Positions 14,027 to 25,624 of a DNA stretch of 64,000 nt are shown here, one piece after another (the first letter of the stretch is position 1; every line of letters begins with the position of its first letter). The DNA comes from Trichosphaerium sp. ATCC 40318 (taxonomy: Eukaryota > Protista > Tubulinea), in NCBI GenBank assembly GCA_038496445.1, contig JALMLS010000320.1:248001-312000 (forward strand). Reading direction: 5' to 3'. Both the position numbers and the translations under genes were made by a program. The notes under the pieces are model-generated. The model saw nothing but the letters and a program-made list of their open reading frames with translations. It did no database searches and was not told the origin of the DNA.

Positions 14027-15757
14027 ATGCGATCAAAACGAGATTCTGGAAAGCCCCGCGTAAAGAGAACGTACGAGGAACTTACACTTGCGTACAAGGA
14101 AGCGCTAGTAAGTAAAGTGTTACAAAAACCGCTAAAAAGTACATAGAAACGCATAGGAGACCAAGAATGCACGCTAGCGGACTACAAAGATGAGAATACG
14201 CAGTTATCCACCCTACGCTTACACTTGTACAACACGTATGGTTAAATCAATAGTTTAAACGCGCAACAACGCTCACGACTATTCAGAAATACAGAACTTT
14301 CTAAAAAGCTGGAAACATCCTCAACATCGTTAAAAGAGGCGAAAAATACAATACATCAACTCAAATATCAGATTAAATGCCTAAAGGATATGCTGGAGGA
14401 TAATAGCACCTCAATAATGGTAAAATCAAAAAACAAGTTTTTCTTCATTGAAAAGAAAATCGAGTTGAACTGACACCGACTGACACTTGTTGAAAGGAAC
14501 TTGAGCATGATAAAACAAACTTAAAAACGAAGCTACAACATACAAGTAACTTTGTAAATGAGCAAAAAGAATTAAACGAGGAGGCACACATCGCACTTGA
14601 CACACTTCGTGAAGCAATACATGAAAAAGGTGATAGAAAAACCAATTAACATGGCTTCTAACTGCTGTTTGTAGGTTACGTCATTCGTAATTCTGCTGAA
14701 GAGTCTATGCACTCTCCTACACACGATAGAAGATCCCGTGGTCGCGGTATGGGTACTGCTACAGCATCTGAAACGCTATCGCCGAGATCAAACCAACGCA
14801 GACTAAGGCTTGAAACAGTTAACGCCAAAGAAAGTGTTCAGCATATAGCTGACCTTTCTAAAGGGCTTGAAGGTTATAATCCTTCCAATAGACCAGGTGG
14901 AGCAAGCTGTGACTTTTCAAAGATGAGAAGTAGGTTGAGATCTAATTCTAATCCTACTTCTTGGAGTGTACCTCCCTTTGCCTTGAGGTCCTCATATGAA
15001 GACGGAGATAAAATAGATGCGACTCCTGATATACACATAATAGATAAACCTCAACGTTACCAAGAGTCAGTACGTGGATATTTAATCGAGAAAAGACTGT
15101 CTTTCTTGGATTGTTTTTCAGGTTTTCTGAACTAATTATAAAATAACATAAATAGGATTGGCTTGAGTATCGAAAGCGAGGTTGCCCTATTAAAGAAATT
15201 ACTATTGGTATTACTGGAATCATGGGAAAGATAGAAAAGTACGAGGTAAGGACATCTTTTTTTTGATATAAACATTAACGTTTACTTGTGTAGGTTGCTG
15301 CTGCGTTGAGATTTAACTGTATGAAATACCCAATATTAAAGCATATTAAAAGGCAAACGTTGGAAATAGAACTACGAGAGTCTTCACATACTCAATGCTC
15401 TCTTTGCTTGCAAGATGTAAGTGATGTATTTTTGCTTTTTTCTTCATTCTTGACCAGCGTAAATGCTTCTACTTTGCGATTGTCGTTTCTTCTTATCAAC
15501 TCATGGAGCTAACAGGTATTGTCTAGATAACATGCAAGCACGTTTTGTTGATTAAACACAGTTTACATATTTGTGGGCATTGCCGAAATCGTATTGTAAC
15601 AGTATGCGATTTCTACGCTTACATTAGAACTCTTCAGCGTTCTTCTGGTATTCCAGATGATCTCAATGAAGAGTACAATAAGTTTCAGCTATATAGACTT
15701 GCTATGGCTGCTTCTTACATGAACATTAACCTATCAGAAAAGTACTTACCCAAATAA
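14027..15757 (+). CDS. Sec2/RAB3IP(Rabin8)-like coiled-coil protein (putative Rab GEF)
   Basis: Coiled-coil N-half. C-terminal HICGHCRNRIVTVCDFYAYIRTLQ..YRLAMA resembles the Rabin8/Sec2 C-terminal motif. Confidence 0.6.
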
Positions 15758-16187
15758 TCCTAAACAAAAACAAGAAGCCCAAACCAACAAGCTGTCACCA
15801 ACAACCTTCAGTAGAAAATCACTACTGATAAAAAGGATAGACTAAAATACAAAATTTTTACAGCAACAACAATTGGATCGTTTACATATTAGATACAATG
15901 GGCGCAGGGTCTAACAAGGAAGAGAAAAGACAAGAAAGTCAAACTAACCTCTCTACGCCGTCCAAAGACCCTACTAAACTTAAACCTTCAAAATGTGCCT
16001 TATCTATTTTATTGCTCTCAGAGATAATTTACTAAAAGGGAGTTTTTAGCGATTTTAAAAGTGTCATCGCGTTCTACTATTTCAAAGGGTGCGTATACTG
16101 GGTATAAACAAACTTGGGTACCAATAGTATTGTGTACTATTTTTTTATTTAGGGACATTTAACAACAACGCCCCAAACAGTAACAAC

Positions 16188-18649
16188 ATGTCCCAATTAT
16201 CAACTACATACGATCGAAAGGTATGCTCCAACATGCGTCTTCTATCCCACAGTTGTACCTAATTTCCCTAAAGGTTAGACCTTTGCTAGATACAATAGAC
16301 AAGCTACGGGAATACGGTCTTGAGAAGGACATAGATCTACCAGCAATCGTCGCTATTGGTGACCAGTCAGCGGGAAAATCTTCAGTTCTTGAGGCAATTT
16401 CTGGTACACTTTTTAATACGAAACAATTGAGACACTGTAATCGTACTTAGTTTTTCGCAGGCGTAAGCCTACCACGCGGAGATGGTATTGTAACGCGGTG
16501 TCCCATCATAATTCAACTCAAGCGCTCTAACACTCCTTGGCACAGCACTGTGAAGGTTGAAGACTTAGACCCCCAAAAATGCGATGACCCAGAGAAGCTA
16601 GGTGAGCTAATTCGCATTGTTCAAAACTCTGTTGCTGGAGGTACGTTTTCCAGAATATCTGAACTTAGTTTGATCTCTTAATTTATTGTCGTAGATGATA
16701 GAGGTATTACCACAAAGCCTCTTACTTTAGAAGTAGTGGACAAAAATATTCCAGACCTGACCTTGATTGACTTGCCTGGTATAGCACGGGTATGTGTACA
16801 CTTTCAGTTGTGAATCCATGGTGTTCTTACGTTGCGTTAAGGTTGCTGTTGGAGACCAGCCTAAAGACATTTATGCTCAAACTAGCGACCTCATAAAGAG
16901 CTATATCGAAAAAAGAAACGTAATTATATTAGTTGTAATCCCATTAGGCAATGATATAGAAACTTGTGAGGCGCTCAAGTGGGCTATTGAAGCTGATCCC
17001 GAAGGAAAAAGAACCGTTGGGGTACTAACGAAGCCTGACTTGCGCGACAAGGTAAGTACACTTAACACTACCGTTTTCTGATTGAGTCAAGGGAAGCGAA
17101 GGAGGAGTTACAGCAATTCTACAAAACGAAAAGCACGTGCTCAATTTGGGCTACGTTGTGGTCAAGAACAGGTCTCAAGAAGACATTAACAACGATTTGC
17201 CTTTAAAAGAAGCTTTGGCTAAGGAGGAAGCGTTCTTTAAGTCTACAGAACCATACAAGGTATTACCAGCAGTTTCTTCTATTTTTCTTATAATTTTTGA
17301 AGCACATGAACCCAGATTATTATGGAACGAGTACCCTAACTAACCGGTTAACGCGTTGTTTGACAGGGCATATACAAGTATGTCACTTGTGGTAGAAAGA
17401 CGTAAATTAACTGTCTTTGTCTATTTAGAACACCTTACCAGAGCTTCGTGCTCAAGTTGAAGAGCAACTCAAAGAGACACGCGATAGAATAGATGCTCTT
17501 GGTGTAGAAATTCCTGAAGGGAAAAGCGAGCAAAAAGTGTAAGTCACACTCAATTCAGTAGGTAGTTGATCTATCACAACAGGTTTGCCAATCGTTTGTT
17601 GATGGACTTTGCAAAGAGGCTCAATGACTTGGCTCTTTCTTCCGTTCCTTTATCGAAAGGCGGGAGCACCGTGCAGTCACATTTGAAGGTTAAGTTATAT
17701 CCAGGATTGAAGAGTTCTTTTGAGAGTCTTAAAACCTACATTCCGTCTGCGAACAACCTCAGTACCCTTAAAAACAAACCTTTGACAATACAGTATACTA
17801 AACTTCGCCATAGAAAGCGTGCTTGAGAAAAACCGAGGACCTGAATTACCTGGCTTCTATTCGTTCGAAATCATGAAAAGATTAGTTCAAAAAATAATAC
17901 GGGAAGTTGAAGATCCAGGTATGTTTCAACTCCACTTACAGCACTAATCATTACAACTAATGACTTACTTAGCATTTGATTTACTTGACGACGTTAACGG
18001 TCTTCTCCGTGAAACCTTCTTCAACGCTTCAGAAGAGGAACTTGCTCAATTTCCTCAATTGAAACGCATGGCTATTAATGTCATCGATGACATTCAAAGA
18101 CAATGCCACGTAAAAGGAAAAAAGGAGCTTAAGAAAGCAGTACAACGTGAACGTGATGTTCTTTACACCCAGAACCCAGATTTCTTAAAGAAGAAGGAGC
18201 AAGTCCCTGTGGCTCAGGTTCAACCAAATGGAACAATTGTTCCTATTACGGAATCATCAATACTCGAAAGTGAAGCAAAAACGCTTGAAAATGATGTCAA
18301 AACATACACTGAAATTGTTTGTGTTCGTTTGAATGACCTGATACCACAGATTGTGGAACACGAGATGGTATCAATTTTCTTTTTTTTTTAGTTCAGCCAC
18401 TCATCCTGTACCACGTGATGACCACTTTGTAGGTTTTGAAGTTTACACAGAAGGTTGAAATGGAGATAACTCATCTTTTGAGTGACACAGATGCTGAAGA
18501 CGTTCTGTTTGAGGATGAGGTATACCTTTTGCTTTTTAAATCGGCTGACTCGTAATAAGGCAACAAAACTGAGAAGAAATGACCTTGTTGAGAAAAAGAG
18601 ACGCCTCACCAGAGCTATGGCTGAACTATCTAAATTGAAGTCACCTTAA
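16188..18649 (+). CDS. Mx-like dynamin-family GTPase
   Basis: [77 protein letters not shown] and a C-terminal GED; no PH or PRD domain seen. Confidence 0.9.
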
Positions 18650-18947
18650 CCTTGACAGAGGGTTCCTTTTGAAACGTGTAACCTGTACATGTTTGAAATA
18701 ATACATTTTTACATTTCACTTTACGTCCCCAACTTCTTTGCCATCTACATTACATCGAGAACGGCTGGCAAGTGGACTGTACTATTCTTTAAACGTATGT
18801 ATTTCATCAGTATCTAGAATCAATTTGTATTTTAGTGAGAAAGTCACGACTTTTTATTTTTTTCCAAGTCAATCAACGTGGGTAAAAGTATACCGAAATC
18901 ACTGAATTTTACTTGTTGTTTTACATTTATTTTCAAACACTATTAAA

Positions 18948-19776
18948 ATGGCCTCTCTTGCAGTAAGTTTGTGTATTTAAATAGTTGTAAACGTAACAAG
19001 CATGGTTAGGATATTATGCGCGAGCAAGAAAACGAAAGTGTTGCCCAAAAGCTCCAAGACGAAGAAAACGCATTTATTAAAGAACAAGAGTCTATTTGGG
19101 CGCGTTTTAAACCGAAACAAGCGCAAACACAAACAGATATTGATAAAGATGCCCAACTCGCCCGTCAATTGGCGGGACTTGATGTCAAGGATGATGCGCC
19201 ACCTACAGACCAAGGTATGGAGATAATTATTATCTTTAAAAACAAGAATTACCCGTTAATCCACGGATAGAGGTCCTAGCGCTTGAACAATTACGTGCAG
19301 ATGAAGAATTCGCTCTCGCTCTTCAAAATCAAGTACGACACACAACGCCAGTCCATTTTTTGAAGAAAAAAATTTAAATTCTGTTCCTACGAAGGTTTTT
19401 TCCTCTAACCAACCTCTCTAGGAGCGCGCTCAATTTGTGGTATCTCAGACAAGCGAAAAAGTTCTATCATTGCAAGAACAGGTTAGATATTTGATTAACT
19501 TTAATAGAATATGCAGTTTTTAATTAGTTGATACAGAGGGCATTATACGGAGGTGAAGAAATGGAAGATTTTGCTCCTGAGGCACAAGAAGTACTAATGG
19601 AACAATACGATTACAGTTCATTCCGATCTGATGAGGAAGAGGAGCTACAATCTCAGATGAGAGAAGACCAAGTACGCAAAAAACCAAAACCCAGAAGTCA
19701 CGTGACACAAACTTCTTCTGTTTTTTTTACGCTCCTTAACTTGTTCGCTTCAAGCGTCATTTTGTCTCAGTTGTAA
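18948..19776 (+). CDS. Small acidic protein with UIM/MIU-like ubiquitin-binding repeats
   Basis: Repeats ESVAQKLQDEE, DAQLARQLA and DEEFALALQ. 3' end is ambiguous. Confidence 0.5.
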
Positions 19777-19904
19777 CGTTTCTGTTGATCAAAATGAAAC
19801 AAGAGGACAAGCCTTTGCAAGCGAATGCTAACTGTGATTTTTTAAAGGAAATTGCTTTCGTCTACAAGCGTACAACTGTATTTGGGAACTCTTCTCGTAT
19901 TTCT

Positions 19905-20667
19905 ATGCATCACAAAGCATACCAAGGGAAGAAAAAAAAGTCAAAGAGACCACATAAAGGACCAATAGGAGGTAATCAGCGAGTATTCAGGCGAAAATCA
20001 AAAGGATTCGATTATGGTCTTGTAACTGGTACGATTTTTGGTCTCTATTAATGTACCTTGCTCTTCAACAATATTATCTCAAATTAGCAGTCCTTTTGAA
20101 TTTATTTTTCTTCTTTAGGGATACCAGGTGGCGCAAATATCCAAGTTTTTTTATTTTCGGATTGTAGAACAGTATTATGTAGAGTACCAGGTCGTATGAA
20201 ATATGGTTATAACACAGAGAGTCACTGGTTCCGTAGAGGGTAAGACCCACTTTTTTTTTTTCCGTTTTTATTCTCAGACGGAACTTTTTCTTTTCAGTTC
20301 TGATACCCTCCTGTAATCACGTGCTTACTTTTTTATCATCAGGAGTGTAGTTCTTATTAGATTAAAGAATAATGAAACTGTATTTATCCCTGAACTAGCA
20401 CTAGTATACACAAACGAAGAATACGATTTACTTCGTTCAGAAGATGCTTTTAAAACAAAAGACTTTGTCAGAACAATGCCTACAGAAATAGTACATAAAA
20501 TATTGAATATGCTAGATGAAGAAGATCTTGTAGAAGTATTACCAAGTGTAGCACCACATTGGTCTATTGTTGTAAAAGAGATAAGACACCTTGAACTAGA
20601 TGTAAAACAAGCCAATAATGTTACAACAGAACAAACACATGAAGATATTGATATTGAAATGCTGTAG
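19905..20667 (+). CDS. eIF1A-like OB-fold protein fused to a C-terminal F-box
   Basis: Spliced product: basic N-tail, DYGLVTGIPGGANIQV..CRVPGRMK..WFRRGSVVLI..VYTNEEYDLL, then MPTEIVHKILNMLDEEDL..VAPHW. Two GT-AG introns keep the frame. Confidence 0.65.
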
Positions 20668-20864
20668 CAAAAATACGGAATAAAAGAAACTAACTTCATT
20701 CTGATGGAAATTGTGTACGGCATCCATAGGCCGATAAAAAACGCTAGCTAATCTCCTTTTCTTGTAAGCGTCAATTTTCTTGAGCACGAGTTGTAAGAGC
20801 TGTGTTTCGAGTACATAAACCAAAAAAGAGTGTAAAAAATCGTTTAACATTATTAGTTTTTCCT

Positions 20865-20940
20865 TACCTTTCATATTCATGGTGCAATTACCGCAGACAC
20901 CCTCATGGTATGATATTCTGAATGTCAAGGTTGGGCGTTG
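20865..20940 (-). pseudogene. Degenerate SDHB (succinate dehydrogenase Fe-S subunit)-like fragment
   Basis: PTLTFRISYHEGVCGNCTMNMKG versus the canonical [21 protein letters not shown]. The first Fe-S Cys is lost and no other clear exons are nearby. Confidence 0.6.
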
Positions 20941-21119
20941 AAAGGTTCAAGCCAAAAGGGATGTACTTGTAGTTAAATTTCTTTGAAAGTTTGCCAATCA
21001 AGCTTGAGGCTTCCAATGTTTCTTTGAAATTTTACCAAACCATTCGTTAAGTGCATCCGTTGGTTCATGTGAAATCACAAGGAAGTTCCACCACAACCTC
21101 ATAACCTAAAACCACGAGA

Positions 21120-21988
21120 ATGTCGCAACTAACGCTCATCGTTTGTCTTATTCTAGCTATGTATGTCACGGTTTACTCTATTTCAACAACTTGTTGATCC
21201 CTCCTCTTTGCCATTAGCTTCGTCTTCAGGACTACAACAACAGCAGTAATATACAATGCTCTCGGTCTCGTCACACCAACATACCCTCAATGGATGCGAA
21301 CATGCTCCATCGGCGGTATGACAGGCGTTCGGACTGTTGCTATTGGAGGCCCAAGAATATTTCTTTGGAAATGCCTCCACGACGCTGTAGATTTCACAGG
21401 CGCTCATACAAATTATGTATCAATTTACGGAGAGGCTTTCTATCACGTGTGCCCATCAGGCTACGTTATGAAGAGTACGTTGAGTAATCGAACCAAATAA
21501 AAATCTCAACAGTTTTTTGCAGCTATTCGAGGAGTTCAGTGGCATCGTACTCAATATGACCGATACTTTAGACTCCGTTGCGAGTGCGTGTGAATACCAA
21601 TACATATTTATTTTAAACTATGAGTTTAGAACACAAGGAGGAGTAAGGTGTGAGACAAGCAACAGCGAGTGGATTTGTAAGTTCTATTTTTTCAACCTTG
21701 CCTTGACTTCCGCGCGAGGCTTATACATATGCTGAGTGGTTCAGAAGGTTGTTTACGGTTATATATTGATCCTTTAATGTAGCTATGTTTAATGTTGTTC
21801 CTGGTCATGATGGCGTAGGTGATATCAATTGCCCTTATGATAAGCCGTATATTACCGGATTCAGAGTGGGTAGCCCTAGGTACGTTGCAACGTATAAACA
21901 TGGCGATCACTTATTGTTTTATTGTAGTAAAGCAATGCCTTCTGATCGCATCTGGTTCATGCAGTGTTCCACTGTAGAATGTAGCTAA
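21120..21988 (+). CDS. Secreted Cys-rich dermatopontin/hemagglutinin-like protein, copy A
   Basis: Signal peptide plus three internal repeats of type C..G..TG....(D)R.(F/W)..C. Paralogous to 30381-31218 and 31700-32436. Confidence 0.6.
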
Positions 21989-22103
21989 TCAATTAGTTCT
22001 TACTTGTTTTTTGGTTTCTCAACTGTTTTTTCAATGAACGGAATGTCATGTTCAATAAATGTCTGTACATTGTCTTAACAACCAAATAAACACCCTCAAC
22101 GCC

Positions 22104-22559
22104 ATGAATATTTATATAAGATCATCGAATGATAAGAAAATAAGTCTTAAAGTGACAAGTAGTAACTCAATGCTTGATATTAAAAAACAAATTTTCGTAA
22201 AGCAAGGAGTGTTACCACAATTACAAATGTTGGTTTTTGCCGGTATCTCACTTGAGGATCATTACACTATATCTGACTACGACATCCCAGATGAAGCTAT
22301 AATAGATATATTAGCAGAATTTGAAGATCGCATTCAAATCTGTATTGAAAGACTGACAGGGGAAAAGTTTACAATTTTAGTATTTCACTCTGAGAGCGTT
22401 GGAGATGTAAAGCAAAGAATAGAAGATCAAGAGCGTTTCTATGTAGATAGACAGCATCTTTACTTCAAAGGCAAGCCAATGGAGGATGACTCTTCAATAT
22501 GTGAATATGACATTACAAGCGGTGACAAGATTTACATGGCTATCCGTTTGGATGGATAA
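22104..22559 (+). CDS. Tandem di-ubiquitin-like protein, intronless
   Basis: Two Ubl folds (QMLVFAGISLED..DYDI and QHLYFKGKPMED..EYDI). Ends IRLDG*. Confidence 0.85.
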   Translation: MNIYIRSSNDKKISLKVTSSNSMLDIKKQIFVKQGVLPQLQMLVFAGISLEDHYTISDYDIPDEAIIDILAEFEDRIQICIERLTGEKFTILVFHSESVGDVKQRIEDQERFYVDRQHLYFKGKPMEDDSSICEYDITSGDKIYMAIRLDG

Positions 22560-22759
22560 CAGAGATAATTTCTTGGACGTTCAGAAAATACAAGAACGGT
22601 GAAGAGGACTTGTACAACACAATAAACTACTATTATCTTCTGAGCTGTATGTTTATTACAAACACCAAACTTTTTCCTTGCGCCAGCCTTACCCAAGAGA
22701 TAACGGCGATGCCCAAAAGTACTCAAACATGTCAGGGCTAAACAATCGTGAGAATTTTA

Positions 22760-23180
22760 CTAGTGATTTATTGGTTCTTCCCATCGTTTATGTAATGCTT
22801 CAACAGCTTCTCTTGTAATCCTGCTTATACCATGAGAGTACACAGATTTAAGAGATGTCATGTGATTCAAGCACGAGTTTGTAATGTTGTAGCAATCCCA
22901 AAGTTTAAGATTCTCCAGATTAACCAAGTGTTTCAAACCCAAATCTGTAACACCGTTGCAATAAATCAGATACAAGCTTTTGACATTGGTCAATGACTTG
23001 ATGCCATAATCTGTTATTGACGAACCATAAAAAATACTCACAGTATGAACATTGCCAAGGTGCATAAGCCATGAGTCTTTTGGTTCATCAAGTGTAATTT
23101 TAGAAGCATGTTCAAGTGATTTTATTCCTTCAGCAGTAATATTGTGACAACCATAGAGTGAAATTGTATGAATCAAGTCA
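22760..23180 (-). pseudogene. 5'-truncated LRR fragment paralogous to the C-half of 4903-5739
   Basis: EGIKSL..EPKDSWLMHLGNVH..TNVKSLYL..VTDLG..LVNLE matches the 4903 protein. No F-box or ATG start. Confidence 0.6.
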
Positions 23181-23219
23181 GAGAAACATATAACGGAAAC
23201 CAAAATTACCTCAATTCAA

Positions 23220-23520
23220 GATCCTGTCTTTGCTAGTTTTGTAAAAAATTGGTTATATGCCTTTGAGAGTTACACTTAAATGATCGTGAGTAAAATTATT
23301 TGATCTATTTGGTCTTTGATAGATCAGGTACGCACTTGCACTGCATATATTTTAATCTGTGATTCTGCAATTTTTTCAAGTTCTTCTTCCCAATCAATAT
23401 TCTCAACATCTTTCAAATAATCTAGAGTTCTGAAATAGTAAGTAAGGATTGGTGTTTCTAGATATTAACAAGAAAGTAGCCATACTTGTAATCATCGAGA
23501 TTGTGAGGGACATTAAAATA
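23220..23520 (-). pseudogene. vWA-domain-like gene fragment
   Basis: ENIDWEEELEKIAESQIKIYAVQ, then an intron, then a frameshifted FFTKLAKTG. No upstream exons or start found. Confidence 0.4.
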
Positions 23521-23853
23521 TTGAATATTGGAAGAAATTAACGTGAATCACGTGATTCAGAAATCATTATGAAAATGGTTTGTTAACATGGCTTAACATA
23601 ATCACTTGTCACTCTTGCGTATGTAATCCAGCTGACCTCTATCATCAAACATGATCTCATGTTTATCGAGAAAGTCAAGCAGTCTTGGTAGAGAATGTGC
23701 CAAACATTTCAGGCAAAAAAGGAAATATGAACATCTCCAAACCATCTCTTTTGGCACAATAAGTCAACCTCAGTCACAACAACAAGGGAATAAAACGCGT
23801 GGTTCCTTGTTCCGCTTTATACCTGTTGTTTACTCACCCACAACAAAATCTAA

Positions 23854-24783
23854 ATGGAAGAAAGCGCAAATACACTTTGTAGTCGGCAGCAAACAGAACT
23901 TCGTTCACGTGAGCACGTTATCAATCTGTTAGCGCTTCCAGTCGAAATTATAGCTCATATTCTTAAATACCGTACAAGTGTAAGACATTCAGCGTTAACA
24001 TGCCACTTTTTGCGAGATGTCATCCATAACCATGTTGGCTACGGTAGAATCAGGGTTTATATTAAAGAGGCAGTGGAAGCATTGGCTGGGAGCCCATTGC
24101 TTCAAAATACACCTATTTATTTGTATGGCACCAATGCTGACATTCACTTTACATCGTTTGTGGGTGTGCACACTATAGACTTGCATCGCTCCGAAATACC
24201 AGATGAAAGCATCAAGGTTTTGGCAGGCGTACATACTATTAATTTAAGTGGTACAAATGTAACAGATCAGGGTGTCAAGGCGTTGTCTGGTGTACATACT
24301 ATTTACCTTGCTTGTACAAATGTAACAGACGAGGGAATCACAGCTTTGGGTGGTGTACATTCTATTGACTTGACTAATTGCAGGCTAATAACAGATGAGG
24401 GTGTCAAGGCTTTAGCCGGTGTGCATGTAATAAAGTTAAACTTTACAAAAATTACAGACATTAGTTTGCATGCTCTGGCTCCTGTACACACAATAGAATT
24501 GACTTGTTGCCAGTCAATTACAGATGAGGGTATTAAATCTTTGGCAGGGGTGCATAGTATTAAATTAGGTAGTTGCAACTTAATAACAGATGAAGGTGTC
24601 AAGGCATTGTCTGGAGTATATGAGATTGAATTATGTGATACAAATGTAACGGATGAATGCTTGAAGGTATTGGCAGGGGCACACACTATTGACGTGAGTT
24701 ATTGCAATAATATAACTCCCAATGGCAGGAAAGCACTAGCTAATGCACACACACTCAATATGGCATACTATGGGTCAGATTAG
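23854..24783 (+). CDS. F-box/LRR protein, intronless
   Basis: LLALPVEIIAHIL F-box followed by about 9 GVHTIDL..VTDEGVKAL repeats. Confidence 0.88.
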   Translation: MEESANTLCSRQQTELRSREHVINLLALPVEIIAHILKYRTSVRHSALTCHFLRDVIHNHVGYGRIRVYIKEAVEALAGSPLLQNTPIYLYGTNADIHFTSFVGVHTIDLHRSEIPDESIKVLAGVHTINLSGTNVTDQGVKALSGVHTIYLACTNVTDEGITALGGVHSIDLTNCRLITDEGVKALAGVHVIKLNFTKITDISLHALAPVHTIELTCCQSITDEGIKSLAGVHSIKLGSCNLITDEGVKALSGVYEIELCDTNVTDECLKVLAGAHTIDVSYCNNITPNGRKALANAHTLNMAYYGSD

Positions 24784-25624
24784 GGAACTATAGTGATTGT
24801 TGATTTGGTTCCTATTGCCAAGCATAAAAAGTTTTGCTTTATTTACTTAGCAATCAAACACAATAAACGTACTCTTTCCTTCAAACAAGCGCTGCTATTG
24901 TCTACTACTATCCTGACTAGTTATAATTATAAGTATAACCCAGAGCTTTCCATGCTTGACAAAAGTGTTTCTTCATCTTTGTCGGTATTAGCAACGCTTA
25001 CTTGTTGTTGAAAAAAAATCGGTGTTCCCCATACGCAATCTTTGATTCGGTAGGCTATGATTCAAACGTATCACAGTCATCTCTTGTTGCTCTCACGTGA
25101 TACATTTCTTTCCGAAAAAATACCATGTTCGCCTAATCCAAGTTTCTCGAATGAAAAATCATGTAACACGTAGTAAAGATTAGTTCCACAAAATTATAAC
25201 GCACATACGATTCACACGTGAAAATTGTGCCAACAGCGAAATATTTACAACGAATATTCGTAAATCTTCGAGAATTTTGTGCAAAGCGCTATAAATGCTC
25301 TTATACGCATTTTCTACGCACTGGCAGCACTCTAACACCAATTTAGAGTAGTTTCAAAATAGGAGTTGACTAAAAGTCAATACCCGACCGTAAGTCATGT
25401 AGGGATAACCTCTGTATTGTATATTATATCCATTCGAGCTCGAGAGCTTGATAAATCTCGTGACAAGGTAGAAATTCATGAGTTTCAGTTAAAAAAACTT
25501 GCGTTCCTCAAGAAAAAACACAACCTACCCGATCAAGAAGTCGCCTGAACTTAAAAAGACAAATTCAGTTCATCAAGTAAAGAACAGCACCTCAGACCTT
25601 TGTAGAAATAAAAACAAGTCAGCA

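Noticed and set aside
24303-24686. Antisense repeat ORFs opposite the LRR genes (also 52680-52970)
   Set aside because: Shadow frames of the LRR repeats.
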